DNA from: a virus
DNA: 64,000 nt
IMG/VR virus record: IMGVR_UViG_3300008448_000023
Location: 1-64,000 of that record
Reading direction: 5' to 3' (one strand)
A model generated the notes under the pieces. The model was given only the letters and a program-made list of their open reading frames with translations. It was not told the DNA's origin and did no database searches. Position 1 is the stretch's first letter; every line of letters starts with the position of its first letter. The position numbers were made by a program, and so were the translations under genes. Below are positions 46,044-56,641 of the stretch, one piece after another.

Positions 46044-46794
46044 AGAACAAGGTTACATTATTCCTGCGTTCAATGTAGACAAGATAGACTACGTTGATTG
46101 TGCTCGTACCTTGGCAAAAACTTTACTGGCACAACATCCCAGGGCACGTATCTGTTTGCTGACCAACGAACCCTATGCAGCGGACTATAGTTTGTTTGCC
46201 TACACACACGTTGTAGACATCAATCGAGAAAATCCCTATGCCAACGACCCTTTGGTATTTGCTCAAACACCCTTCCGCGAAACTATCAAGCTAGAAGCAG
46301 ACATGCTGATTGCCAGTCCAATAGATCACTGGTGGACCATGTTTAGGCATCGTGATGTGGTGTTGTCCACTGGCTGCCGTAACTGGCGCGACGAAATCAG
46401 CACAGCTCGAGACTACCGAACAGTTTTTGATCAAAACAATTTGCCAGACGTGTACAATGCTATTACCTATTGGCGTCGCAGTGAAATGGCCAAAGAGTTC
46501 TTTGACACTGTGCGCAATATATTTGTTCATTGGACAGAATATCGTCGGCTCATCAAATACTCGCCCGATGTACCAGATACAGATTTGGTCTATGCCATGG
46601 CTGCACAGGTTATAGGGCCTGAATTGGTTACTATTCCAGGATCGCCCTCAATTGTACACATGAAACAAGCACATGCAGGCACAGCCACAAAAGACTGGAC
46701 ACAAGAATTGGTTTGGGAAATGAATCCATTGAGAATCAATACCGTTGCTCAATGGGGTGCGTTCCACTATAATGTTAAAAGGTGGCAACCATGA
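46030..46794 (+). CDS. GT-A fold glycosyltransferase-like protein (paralogue of the upstream gene)
   Basis: ICLLTN, TPFRETIKLEADM, PDVYNAITYW, TDLVYA, VHMK, FHY. Likely TTG start at 46030. Confidence 0.6.
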   Translation: MRPVEEQGYIIPAFNVDKIDYVDCARTLAKTLLAQHPRARICLLTNEPYAADYSLFAYTHVVDINRENPYANDPLVFAQTPFRETIKLEADMLIASPIDHWWTMFRHRDVVLSTGCRNWRDEISTARDYRTVFDQNNLPDVYNAITYWRRSEMAKEFFDTVRNIFVHWTEYRRLIKYSPDVPDTDLVYAMAAQVIGPELVTIPGSPSIVHMKQAHAGTATKDWTQELVWEMNPLRINTVAQWGAFHYNVKRWQP

Positions 46795-47117
46795 TGACCC
46801 CAGATGAATTCTTTGGTGTATTAGAAAGTATGCCACAACCTCAGTCTGTATTTTATAGACTGTATTATGAAGGTGAACGCCCACTATTCTACAGCATGGA
46901 AGACTTGCCCGGTACATACATTGAAGTTACCCCTGAACAGTATGCTAGGAGCCAAATGAAAGTGCGTATTCGCAACGGAAGGATAATTCCTATCACTTGG
47001 CAAACGGCACAAAAACTCGCACCCAGCAACGCAGGCACACTGTGCCATTTGCAAGATGTTGCTATTGTTGTAAAAGAAAACGGAACCTATTGGAGCAAAC
47101 GGACTTATGAAAGTTGA
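46791..47117 (+). CDS. Hypothetical protein
   Basis: ORF overlapping both neighbours; ATGA coupling at 46791. Confidence 0.55.
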   Translation: MMTPDEFFGVLESMPQPQSVFYRLYYEGERPLFYSMEDLPGTYIEVTPEQYARSQMKVRIRNGRIIPITWQTAQKLAPSNAGTLCHLQDVAIVVKENGTYWSKRTYES

Positions 47118-48027
47118 TATCGCAGATTTAGACTGCATTTACTTAACCTATGACGAACCACAAAAAGAAGAGTTTTGGATCAAAATTCGCAACATGGTGC
47201 CTTGGGCAAAACGGGTGGATGGCGTTAAGGGCAGCGATGCTGCTCACAAAGCGGCGGCGCAGGCCAGTGACAGTGATAGATTCATTCTCATTGATGGCGA
47301 CAATCTCCCCAACCCGTCGTTTTTTAATCAGACGCTTGTTCTTCCTAATGAAGAATACAAGAACGCTGTGTTCCGGTGGCGGGCACGTAATCACATTAAC
47401 GGTTTGATGTACGGCAACGGAGGCCTAAGTTCATGGACAAAGGAGTTTGTGATGAACATGCAAACTCATGAAGCCACAGACGGACGAGATGAAACTCAGG
47501 TAGAGTTTTGTTTTGATCCCTTGTATTGGCCCATGCATGATTGTTATTCAACAACTTACCCCAACGGTGATGATTTCCATGCGTGGCGTGCAGGATTTCG
47601 AGAAGGCGTTAAGATGTGCCTGCAACGCGGTCGCAAACCCACGGTAGAAGAATTTAAAAATCAAGTGCTACGAAACTTAGACAATCTCACAATCTGGCAC
47701 AACGTGGGCACAGATGTAGAATATGGCGAGTGGGCCATCGCTGGCGCACGTCAAGGCACCTATATGACCATGCTTACTAATTGGGATCATACCTTGGTGC
47801 AAAGTTTTGATGCCTTGGCCGAACTATGGCTCACAGTGAAAGATGGCCAACCAAGATTGCTCAGTAATCGGTTGGCCGAGGACTTGCACACACAATTGGA
47901 TCTGCCAATGGCCATCCTAGAATGTGAACAAAGCGCATTTTTTAAACATCACTATCGTTTGAACTGGCACAATCAAGGTGTTATGGTTCGAGAAATTGAC
48001 GTTATTCGCAAGATAGAAGGTTGGTAA
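47107..48027 (+). CDS. Glycosyltransferase-like protein (GT-A)
   Basis: YLTYDEP, RVDGVKGSDAAHKAAA, FILIDGDN (DxD), NGLMYGNGG, AWRAGFREGVKM. Confidence 0.6.
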   Translation: MKVDIADLDCIYLTYDEPQKEEFWIKIRNMVPWAKRVDGVKGSDAAHKAAAQASDSDRFILIDGDNLPNPSFFNQTLVLPNEEYKNAVFRWRARNHINGLMYGNGGLSSWTKEFVMNMQTHEATDGRDETQVEFCFDPLYWPMHDCYSTTYPNGDDFHAWRAGFREGVKMCLQRGRKPTVEEFKNQVLRNLDNLTIWHNVGTDVEYGEWAIAGARQGTYMTMLTNWDHTLVQSFDALAELWLTVKDGQPRLLSNRLAEDLHTQLDLPMAILECEQSAFFKHHYRLNWHNQGVMVREIDVIRKIEGW

Positions 48028-49412
48028 TGAGCAAAGGCGACCAAAGCCGATTCATGAGCAGTGCGGAACAAATGTCGCAGGACCTAGGTCCTGCGCTGTG
48101 TTTGGCTAAATGGAAGCAGGTCAGCTTTCACTTGCCCACAGGTCTAAACAACTCATGTTACCATCCGCCCCTGCACCAAATTACCGCAGACGATTTGACA
48201 CGCCCTGGTGGCCTGCACAATACAGCACACAAGAAATCTCAACGAGTAATGATGATACAAGGCGAAAAGCCTGGTGAGTGTCAGTATTGCTGGAACATGG
48301 AGAATCTAGGCAAACTCAGTGACAGACATTATCGTTCAGGAGAGCCGTGGGCCGCTGTGGATTTTGAACGCATTCGTAATTCAACAGGAACTGAAGATGA
48401 TGTCATTCCAAGCTACGTGGAAGTCAATTTTAATAATGCTTGCAATCTTCGTTGTAGTTATTGCAGCCCTCAGTTTAGCAGCAGTTGGATGGACGAAACT
48501 ACTAGACACGGAGCATACCCAACTAGTAAACCTCATAATGATCCTGCACACTTTGTGGGTTCGCGACGCCCCATACCGGCTAGGGAAGCTAATCCCTACG
48601 TTGATGCGTTTTGGGCGTGGTGGCCCACTCTCTATCCCAAACTAGAACACTTTCGCATGACCGGCGGCGAGCCGCTGATGGACAAAAATACCTATCGAGT
48701 GTTTGACTATGTGTTGGAGCATGACAATCCCAAACTGCATTTGAATGTAACTTCAAACTTTTCAGTAGAGGATGCGCTGTTTGAAAAATACATGGACTAT
48801 GCCAAGAGATTATGTACACCACGGATTGAACATTTCATGCAGTATGTTAGCCTAGACTCGGGCATTGCTACGCAAGCAGAATACCTGCGTCACGGCCTAG
48901 ACTATGCTCGCATGAGTCGCAATGTTGAACGATTCTTACAGGAAATACCAAGTCGCAACAGCCTGACGTTTATTATTACAATGAACAATCTCAGTGTCAC
49001 AGGACTGCGGCCCATGCTGGAATGGATACTGAATCTACGCCGGACACACAGTTCAACCTATCAACGTGTATGGTTTGATACACCTGTGCTGCGCGAACCT
49101 GCTTGGCAAAGTCTACAAATACTGCCAGAAAGTTATGTACGTCAACTAGAACAGGCTAGAGATTACATGCTGGCCAACTTGACCACAGAAGCCAATCCCC
49201 TACACGGATTCAAAGACTACGAAGTGCAACGCCTGGAGCGTGACATTGCCTGGATGCGTGAAGGACAGTTACAGTACAATAGTATAGCCAAAGCAGACTT
49301 CTATCGTTTCTTTGCAGAACACGATCGTCGAAGGGGCACAGACTTTTTGAAGTCTTTTCCTGAGATGCGAGCCTGGTGGGCAGAATGTGAGTATCATGCT
49401 AGGAATACATAA
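48027..49412 (+). CDS. Radical SAM enzyme with N-terminal Twitch/SPASM-like Cys cluster
   Basis: CNLRCSYC, TGGEP; N-terminal CLAKW...SCYH...CQYCW. Confidence 0.9.
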   Translation: MSKGDQSRFMSSAEQMSQDLGPALCLAKWKQVSFHLPTGLNNSCYHPPLHQITADDLTRPGGLHNTAHKKSQRVMMIQGEKPGECQYCWNMENLGKLSDRHYRSGEPWAAVDFERIRNSTGTEDDVIPSYVEVNFNNACNLRCSYCSPQFSSSWMDETTRHGAYPTSKPHNDPAHFVGSRRPIPAREANPYVDAFWAWWPTLYPKLEHFRMTGGEPLMDKNTYRVFDYVLEHDNPKLHLNVTSNFSVEDALFEKYMDYAKRLCTPRIEHFMQYVSLDSGIATQAEYLRHGLDYARMSRNVERFLQEIPSRNSLTFIITMNNLSVTGLRPMLEWILNLRRTHSSTYQRVWFDTPVLREPAWQSLQILPESYVRQLEQARDYMLANLTTEANPLHGFKDYEVQRLERDIAWMREGQLQYNSIAKADFYRFFAEHDRRRGTDFLKSFPEMRAWWAECEYHARNT

Positions 49413-50502
49413 AATTTTTGTTGACGAATGGGCCGAAACCTGGGACTTGCTAAAGCCCTATGCTGATGAGGTGTTTTGGCAATGGCCTAAAGAATTGGAT
49501 CCTTCTAGTGTGTACATTGTAGGTCGTGTGCTGCTGAAGCAACACTGGACAGAAATCACAGAATGGGCTACTCAGCATCCCGGACGCATTGTGTTTTCAA
49601 ATCCTGCTGAAGGATCTGAAACTATACTACTGCAACTCCGACGACTGCGTATTACAGAGCATGTGCGTGACGGACGTATTGGCCTACTAACCTCCGGTGA
49701 CATGGAACCCGGCTGGCGTTATTGCAAAACAGATTGCTACTTCTCTAACATAGTAGAGTTCACAGAAAATCGAGCAGCACAGATTGAAGCTGCACTGGAC
49801 CACAAAGTTCAGCGCCCTTATGAATTTTTGTTCTTAAATGGTAGACTGAGACCGCATCGCAAGTACCTAATAGACCATCTAAGAGCTCAAGAGTTATTGT
49901 CAAATGCACTGTGGACCAATCTTGGTAGTCAAGTTGAAATGGCTTTTACGTCTGCGTTGGACACAGGCAAAACAGAACCCATTAGATTGTTGCCCCCAGA
50001 ATACGAGATCCCACGTGCTGTGTCGCAGTTGAATACAGTACCTGAGTCGGGGTTTGTCAAACACGAGTTGTTCAACAACACCTGGGGTGATGCCATAGTC
50101 AATCATCGGTGCTACACAGACGCCTGGTTCAGTTTGGTAACAGAAACAATATTTGATTATCCGCACACGTTTCGCACAGAAAAGATCTACAAGCCTATTC
50201 TAATGGCACATCCATTTGTGGTTGCAGCCAATCCAGGCTATTTGCGAGATTTAAGAAACGCTGGATTCAAAACATTCGACACCTTGATAGATGAATCGTA
50301 TGATCAAATCAATACCCCAACTGCACGAATAGAGCGTATAATAGATACAGTGCGTGACATAAGTTTGAATGGTGCTGCTAATTTCTGGGAAGCCAGTCGT
50401 GATATCTGTAAATACAATCAGCAACATCTTGTGGAATACAATCGTCAGCAACGTGCTGAGTTGCCCACACTACTAGAACAATACCTCAATGAACGATCTT
50501 GA
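49387..50502 (+). CDS. Putative glycosyltransferase-like protein (GT-B-like C-terminus)
   Basis: FLFLNGRLRPHR, FSLVTET, TEKIYKPILMAHPF, LRNAGFKTF...IDESYD. True start may be a few codons downstream. Confidence 0.5.
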   Translation: MSIMLGIHKIFVDEWAETWDLLKPYADEVFWQWPKELDPSSVYIVGRVLLKQHWTEITEWATQHPGRIVFSNPAEGSETILLQLRRLRITEHVRDGRIGLLTSGDMEPGWRYCKTDCYFSNIVEFTENRAAQIEAALDHKVQRPYEFLFLNGRLRPHRKYLIDHLRAQELLSNALWTNLGSQVEMAFTSALDTGKTEPIRLLPPEYEIPRAVSQLNTVPESGFVKHELFNNTWGDAIVNHRCYTDAWFSLVTETIFDYPHTFRTEKIYKPILMAHPFVVAANPGYLRDLRNAGFKTFDTLIDESYDQINTPTARIERIIDTVRDISLNGAANFWEASRDICKYNQQHLVEYNRQQRAELPTLLEQYLNERS

Positions 50503-51817
50503 TTTTCGCCAGCAAGTACTGGATACCTTGAGTCCTAGCTTTTGTGGGGCAAAGTGGTTTAATGCTACCATTTGGCTTGGTAGCGGCATGAGCACCAGCT
50601 GCCATCACCCGCCAGCTCATTTGGTGGACATTGATAAAGTCACTACCAACCCTAAGCTGCTGCACAATACACCCGAAAAGAAAGACGACCGTGCAAAAAT
50701 GCAGGCAGGCGAACGTCCCAGTGGTTGCGAATACTGCTGGAAGATTGAAGACATGGGTCGCAATGCTGTTTCAGACCGTGTGTACAAATCAAAAATTTAC
50801 CCTATAGCTGCATTAAAGGAAGCACATGAAACTCCGCCTGATCAAGACGTGGATTTGCGAACTCTTGAAATTTCTTTTGATCGGACCTGCCAGTTTGCTT
50901 GTTCTTATTGTAATCCTGCATTCAGTAGCACATGGGTTAAAGACATTAGGAATAACGGACCCTATATGGGCCTTGTGTCTGACGGTCGTAATCACTTTAC
51001 ACATGAGCATTCAAGTGCTCAATTGTATCGCTTCGGGGAGACCAATCCGTATGTTGAAGCTTTTTTTGCGTGGTGGGAATCAGATCTACATCACACATTA
51101 CAAGAATTAAGAATCACCGGCGGTGAGCCACTAATGAGCGGCCACACCTGGAAACTGATTGACTGGTTCCGTAACAATCCAGGACGCAGTCGCACACGCC
51201 TGGCCATCAACTCAAACCTGGGTGCAGATGTAGATGTGGATCGACTGCTGGATTCCATACAGGGGCTGGATGTGGACGTCTATACCAGCCAGGAAGCTGT
51301 GGGCGTTCAAGCCGAATACATACGTGATGGCCTGGACTATGTTGCCTGGAAGGCAAATGTAGAAAAGATCTTGGCCAGTGGCCGTGTGCGTACCTTGCAC
51401 TTTATGGGCACTATTAACGCACTGTGCCTGCCCAGCTTGCCCGACCATTTGCGTTATCTACTGGAACTAAAACAACGCTACGGGCGTGACGCAGTAAGTT
51501 ACACACTGAACATTTTGAGATTCCCCAGCTTTCAAAGTGCGCTGGTAATGCCACATGAACTACGTGCTAGATTTTCTGTAGAACTAAAAGAATTGCACTA
51601 CCGCAATCAACACAATCCGCTGTTTCATGAGCATGAATTGGATCACTTGCAACGGCTGATTGATTACTTGGATGTAGTCGAAACTCCGCATTCAGAAGCA
51701 TTTGACCTCCCTAAACTACTGAACGATTTTGTTGAATTTTATCGACAGTACGATATTCGCAGAGCAAAGAACTTTGCACTGACGTTCCCTAAATTAAAGA
51801 AACTCATAAACAAATGA
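50489..51817 (+). CDS. Radical SAM enzyme with N-terminal Twitch/SPASM-like Cys cluster
   Basis: CQFACSYC, TGGEP; CGAKW...SCHH...CEYCW. Confidence 0.9.
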   Translation: MNDLDFRQQVLDTLSPSFCGAKWFNATIWLGSGMSTSCHHPPAHLVDIDKVTTNPKLLHNTPEKKDDRAKMQAGERPSGCEYCWKIEDMGRNAVSDRVYKSKIYPIAALKEAHETPPDQDVDLRTLEISFDRTCQFACSYCNPAFSSTWVKDIRNNGPYMGLVSDGRNHFTHEHSSAQLYRFGETNPYVEAFFAWWESDLHHTLQELRITGGEPLMSGHTWKLIDWFRNNPGRSRTRLAINSNLGADVDVDRLLDSIQGLDVDVYTSQEAVGVQAEYIRDGLDYVAWKANVEKILASGRVRTLHFMGTINALCLPSLPDHLRYLLELKQRYGRDAVSYTLNILRFPSFQSALVMPHELRARFSVELKELHYRNQHNPLFHEHELDHLQRLIDYLDVVETPHSEAFDLPKLLNDFVEFYRQYDIRRAKNFALTFPKLKKLINK

Positions 51818-53502
51818 CCCTAGAAGAATTACAAACACAATACAACGTAGTTGGCATAATTGATTTGTCTGCATGGACTAACAACTACGAAACCAGCACA
51901 CAGTGGCTACGCAGTCAATGCCAAGCTGTGTACCAACCAGCCTACGCAGAAAATCAACGCATTGTGTTTGTACATTCACATGATTACTATGTTAAGAATG
52001 CAGACTCTGCGGGTATCATTTTAAAGAACATACAAGTAGCACTGAATGAAACTGATATTAGCAATTATTTTGCGCTAGTACTCAGTACCAATCCCAATAT
52101 TGAACAAGAAATGGCTTATATCAATTCGCAGAGTTCTGACCCAGTGCCTGTGAAATTTGAACGCTGTGTTGGCGAGTTTGTTACAAAAGAATTGACCCAG
52201 CATCCTTACAGTCGTAAAGAGCAGTATCAGTACGGATCGGCTAACCCTATAAAAATCAGCCTAAATGAAGTCAGCGAGCAAGATAAATTTTTACTCAGTG
52301 AAAGCAAGAACTTCTGCATTTACCCTTGGATTCACCTGCACGCTTGGCCCACGGGCGAAGCATATCCTTGCTGTCATGCCACACAGCATCCTGTGTATGG
52401 TAACACACGTAAAGAAACCTTGTCTGATGTATGGAATGGCACACGCATGCGACAACTAAGACAAGACATGCTGAGTGATACACCAAATGAAACCTGCCGT
52501 AAATGTCACGAACAAGAAGATTCTGGATTCTTTAGTGGCAGACAAAGTGCAAACAAACATCACGGACACCATATTGATCGTGTGCATAGAACAGGACCTG
52601 ATGGCACATTCAATGAGTTTGAAATGACTTATTGGGATATTCGTTTTAGTAATCTTTGCAATTTAAAATGTCGTAGCTGTGGACATATCTTTAGCTCACA
52701 GTGGTATCAAGATCAAGCCAAGTTAGCTGGAGGTACCTGGAAACAATCTAATCCTGTGCTTAACTATGCAGGACGTACAGAAACAGACATGTGGGAACAA
52801 TTGATTCCACATCTGGACTATGTGGAACAGATTTATTTTGCCGGTGGCGAACCCTTGCTGATGGAAGAACACTATCATATTCTCGACGAGTTAGTAAAAA
52901 GAAAAAGATTTGATGTAAGATTGATTTACAACACCAATTTTACACACACTGACTTGAAAGGTAATTCGGTATTTGACTACTGGAAACAATTTGATTCGGT
53001 GGCTGTAGGCGCCAGCTTAGATGCTTCAGGAGCACGTGGAGAATACATACGCAAAGGCACAGACTGGGCACAAGTAGAACAAAATCGCAGAGACATGTTG
53101 GCAATTTGTCCTGGCGTGGATTTTTATATTTCGCCCACACTCAGTATCATGAATGCGCTACACCTGCCAGATTTTCATCGTGACTGGGTAGAAAAAGGCC
53201 TGCTAAAACCGCAAGATCTAAATGTGAATATTCTTCAGGACCCCTACGAATACAGACTGGACATTGCTACTCCTGAATACAAACAACAAATACAACAGCG
53301 ATTTCTTGAACACATTGAATGGTTGCGACCACAAGACCCCTTGCATAGAGCCACAGTGGGTTTTGAATCGGCAATCAACTACATGATGAGCACAGACAAC
53401 ACCGCACTGATACCTAAATTTTGGGACAAGACTCAACAGCTGGATAAAATCAGAAAAGAAAACATCTTGGACATTATTCCTGAATTAGCTGCATTAAAAT
53501 GA
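51814..53502 (+). CDS. Radical SAM enzyme with Twitch/SPASM domain and an extra N-terminal domain
   Basis: CNLKCRSC, AGGEP; CIYPW...PCC...CRKC. Confidence 0.9.
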   Translation: MTLEELQTQYNVVGIIDLSAWTNNYETSTQWLRSQCQAVYQPAYAENQRIVFVHSHDYYVKNADSAGIILKNIQVALNETDISNYFALVLSTNPNIEQEMAYINSQSSDPVPVKFERCVGEFVTKELTQHPYSRKEQYQYGSANPIKISLNEVSEQDKFLLSESKNFCIYPWIHLHAWPTGEAYPCCHATQHPVYGNTRKETLSDVWNGTRMRQLRQDMLSDTPNETCRKCHEQEDSGFFSGRQSANKHHGHHIDRVHRTGPDGTFNEFEMTYWDIRFSNLCNLKCRSCGHIFSSQWYQDQAKLAGGTWKQSNPVLNYAGRTETDMWEQLIPHLDYVEQIYFAGGEPLLMEEHYHILDELVKRKRFDVRLIYNTNFTHTDLKGNSVFDYWKQFDSVAVGASLDASGARGEYIRKGTDWAQVEQNRRDMLAICPGVDFYISPTLSIMNALHLPDFHRDWVEKGLLKPQDLNVNILQDPYEYRLDIATPEYKQQIQQRFLEHIEWLRPQDPLHRATVGFESAINYMMSTDNTALIPKFWDKTQQLDKIRKENILDIIPELAALK

Positions 53503-54137
53503 GTTTGAATTTTGATAGTTTTTTTGGCGCACCTACTTCCTATGTGCCGGGACCGTATTTTTTAGCAGCAGGTTGCAGTCATACTTCAGCGGTGGGGGTA
53601 GATGCTGATCAATGCTGGGCAGGCCAACTGGCTCAACGCACTCGAATCAAGACTTGTAATCTAGCCGAAGCCGGGGGCAATGCCTGGATTGCCAGTATGC
53701 GTATAGCACAGTGGATTCTGGTCACCGGTCGTCCAGAGTTTGTTGTGGTACAATGGCCTCACCCCATACGCACAGTGATATGGAAAAACGGACAAGGTAA
53801 TTCTGTTAACGTACACGACACTGAAGATCATTTATTTCACACCCGCTTGCGCTACGGTGACTCCAATTACTGGGCTGAGTGGATGCAGGCAATAATTACT
53901 ACAAATGCCATTTGCGTCGCAGCCAAAATCCCCATTATAAATTGGAGTCTTGACAACGTTGATCCGCACTATCTTGCACTGTTAAAGGCCAATGGCATTG
54001 TTGTGCATGATCAAACAGATCAACCACGCTGGGAAAGAGACCGGTCGGGCTCAGATCAACGACATGCCGGGCCCTTGTCACATGCGCAATGGGCACAACA
54101 ATTACAGGAAATGTTAAATGCAATTACCACACGATAA
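53499..54137 (+). CDS. SGNH/GDSL-like hydrolase or acyltransferase
   Basis: AGCSHT (block I), NLAEAGGN (block II), C-terminal DQRHAG (DxxH). Confidence 0.65.
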   Translation: MSLNFDSFFGAPTSYVPGPYFLAAGCSHTSAVGVDADQCWAGQLAQRTRIKTCNLAEAGGNAWIASMRIAQWILVTGRPEFVVVQWPHPIRTVIWKNGQGNSVNVHDTEDHLFHTRLRYGDSNYWAEWMQAIITTNAICVAAKIPIINWSLDNVDPHYLALLKANGIVVHDQTDQPRWERDRSGSDQRHAGPLSHAQWAQQLQEMLNAITTR

Positions 54138-55356
54138 ATTCTGCGTATTACCTTGGATCAGTTTGGAGGCCAGCCCTATAGGTACAGTACGTCCTTGTTG
54201 CCTAGCCGACGACGAAATTGTAGACAACGCTGGCAACAAATTTGAATTAAGTACAGCAAATTTTGGAGACATTCAAAATTCCAATCACATGCGCGATCTT
54301 CGCCAGGAGTTCTTGGATGGAAAAAAACCTCAAACCTGCCGTAAGTGCTGGAACGAAGAACGTGCAGGACGCACATCAAAACGTATGCACACCCTGGACA
54401 GACTCAAACATGTGGTCACAGATACAGAGTGGACCGCAGATGCTAAACCTTTGATGTTCCTGGATCTCAAGCTGGGCAACATCTGCAACTTGAAATGCCG
54501 TATATGCGGTTCATGGTCTAGCAGTCAATTTGCCGCAGAAGAAATCCAATGGACTGCCTCGCATGAACGCAAGCAAACCTATGCATATCAAATGTTGCGA
54601 GCTGGTGCATGGCCACAGGAAAATCAACAATTCTGGAATCAAATTGATAGCTGCCTGACAGATATTCGTTATATTGAATTCACAGGTGGTGAGCCATTTA
54701 TGATTAAAGAACACTTTGCTATGTTACAAGGCATTGTGGATCGTGGTATTGCACATCAGGTAGAAATACATTACAACACCAACGGAACCATTTTTCCCGA
54801 AGAAGCTGTTGAAATCTGGCGCCATTTCAAAACTGTAGAAGTAGCGTTCAGCATCGACGACATGGGTCCTCGTTTTGAATATCAGCGCACCAATGCCAAG
54901 TGGGTAGAAGTAGAAGAAAATATAGCACGTTTCTTTGAATTGAAAAACACGTTGCCTGGGTTGAAATTACAGGTCTGCTGCACAGTCAATGTATTCAACG
55001 TCATGTATTTGCATCAAACGTCAGACTGGATTGTACAGCAAGGATTTGACTTTGTGTATTGGAATATGATGCATGATGCTTGGTATTTTTCTATAGCCAC
55101 ACTGCCCAAAGAAGCCAAAGAAAAAATTGATCAGCATTTTGCACGGCATGTTACACAGCCCAGCTGTCAAGCTGAATTTATTCGCATAATTGATTTTATG
55201 AATCGTGGTGCTGATTCCGACGGTGATATGTTGCGTATGAAAATACGTGACTTAGATCGTAAACGCGGACAGAATCTTGCAGACTTTGCACCCGAATTTG
55301 CAGCCATGATCAACTACAATTACAATGACACAGACCCCAACGCTCCCAAAGCCTGA
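54118..55356 (+). CDS. Radical SAM enzyme with N-terminal Twitch/SPASM domain
   Basis: CNLKCRIC, TGGEP; CVLPW...PCC...CRKCW. Confidence 0.9.
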   Translation: MQLPHDKFCVLPWISLEASPIGTVRPCCLADDEIVDNAGNKFELSTANFGDIQNSNHMRDLRQEFLDGKKPQTCRKCWNEERAGRTSKRMHTLDRLKHVVTDTEWTADAKPLMFLDLKLGNICNLKCRICGSWSSSQFAAEEIQWTASHERKQTYAYQMLRAGAWPQENQQFWNQIDSCLTDIRYIEFTGGEPFMIKEHFAMLQGIVDRGIAHQVEIHYNTNGTIFPEEAVEIWRHFKTVEVAFSIDDMGPRFEYQRTNAKWVEVEENIARFFELKNTLPGLKLQVCCTVNVFNVMYLHQTSDWIVQQGFDFVYWNMMHDAWYFSIATLPKEAKEKIDQHFARHVTQPSCQAEFIRIIDFMNRGADSDGDMLRMKIRDLDRKRGQNLADFAPEFAAMINYNYNDTDPNAPKA

Positions 55357-56641
55357 CACCTTGTGCATGGCACCTTGGACGCACACATATCTAAGCCCGC
55401 AAACCGAGCGTAGAATGTGCTGTGCGTCGAGAGAACCTGCACAGAACTTTGCGCAATACATAGACACAGCCGCAGGCACTGGGCGCTATATTCCTGTCAC
55501 ACTAGAACAGCACTGGAACAGTGATCACATGAAGTCAGTTCGTCGCAGAATGATGGCAGGGGAAACCTTGCCTGAGTGTGAAGTATGCAATGACCGACTG
55601 CTTAATACCAGCGTTTACCGCACTTACTTTGATCATTTGTTTGGGCACAAACTAGAGGAAATATATGCAAGTACCGATGCTTCAGGGCACACAAGCATGG
55701 CTCCTGTTTCGTGGGATTACCGCTTTAGTAACCTTTGCAACTTCAAATGCAGAACCTGCGGAGATATGCTTTCGTCAGCATGGGAGACCGAAGAAAAGAC
55801 TCAAAACATGGTTGACTGGCATAATCCAAAAAATAATTGGATGCAACCTAATTATCGTCAACAGATCACTGAGTTTCAGGATAGTCAGGTTGAGGCCGAA
55901 TTTGCTGCCGCCGTTGAGCGACATGATGTTGAAGAGATCTACTGGGTAGGTGGCGAACCCTTGATGTATGAACAACACTGGCGTTACATGCAACGCATTG
56001 TTGAACTAGGAGATGGACCCAGATTATATGCACGATACAACACTAACCTTAGCCGAATTCATTATCGGGGGCGTGACCTTTATAGTGATATCCTGGATCA
56101 TATACGAGATTGGCAAATTTGCGCGAGCATTGACGGCACTGGAGCAATCGGTGAATACATTAGAACAGGTCTTGACTACGCAACGTTCTGCAGAAACTTC
56201 GAAGCAGGACTGCAACACCAGCGAAACCGACGACAGATGAGACTGGACTTTACATTGACGTTGCCGGGCATGTTTGAAGTTGATGCAATGCAGCAATTGG
56301 CCTCCAGCTATGACGTAGAATTGTTGGTCAAAGTGATATTCAGTTTTACTCCAGATATTATTATGAGTCCTTTGGCATTGCCACGACATCTGTTGGATGT
56401 CTGGGTAGATGAACTAGTGCCCAATTGTACCTCCGGTGCCATGCGCGATGTACTGCTACAGTTAAAGAACCGTCCCACATTTGAACAACAATGGCCTGAA
56501 GAATATCGTGCAGGTCTTGCTCGAGGCAAGGCTCGTGTGTTAAAATTAGAAAGCATAAGAACACAGTCGGTAACAATGACTGACATTCTGGGCACACGTC
56601 CAGAAATACTAAAATGGTGGAACGAAATTGGAATCAATTGA
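55325..56641 (+). CDS. Radical SAM enzyme with N-terminal Twitch/SPASM domain
   Basis: CNFKCRTC, VGGEP; CMAPW...MCC...CEVC. Confidence 0.9.
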   Translation: MTQTPTLPKPDTLCMAPWTHTYLSPQTERRMCCASREPAQNFAQYIDTAAGTGRYIPVTLEQHWNSDHMKSVRRRMMAGETLPECEVCNDRLLNTSVYRTYFDHLFGHKLEEIYASTDASGHTSMAPVSWDYRFSNLCNFKCRTCGDMLSSAWETEEKTQNMVDWHNPKNNWMQPNYRQQITEFQDSQVEAEFAAAVERHDVEEIYWVGGEPLMYEQHWRYMQRIVELGDGPRLYARYNTNLSRIHYRGRDLYSDILDHIRDWQICASIDGTGAIGEYIRTGLDYATFCRNFEAGLQHQRNRRQMRLDFTLTLPGMFEVDAMQQLASSYDVELLVKVIFSFTPDIIMSPLALPRHLLDVWVDELVPNCTSGAMRDVLLQLKNRPTFEQQWPEEYRAGLARGKARVLKLESIRTQSVTMTDILGTRPEILKWWNEIGIN

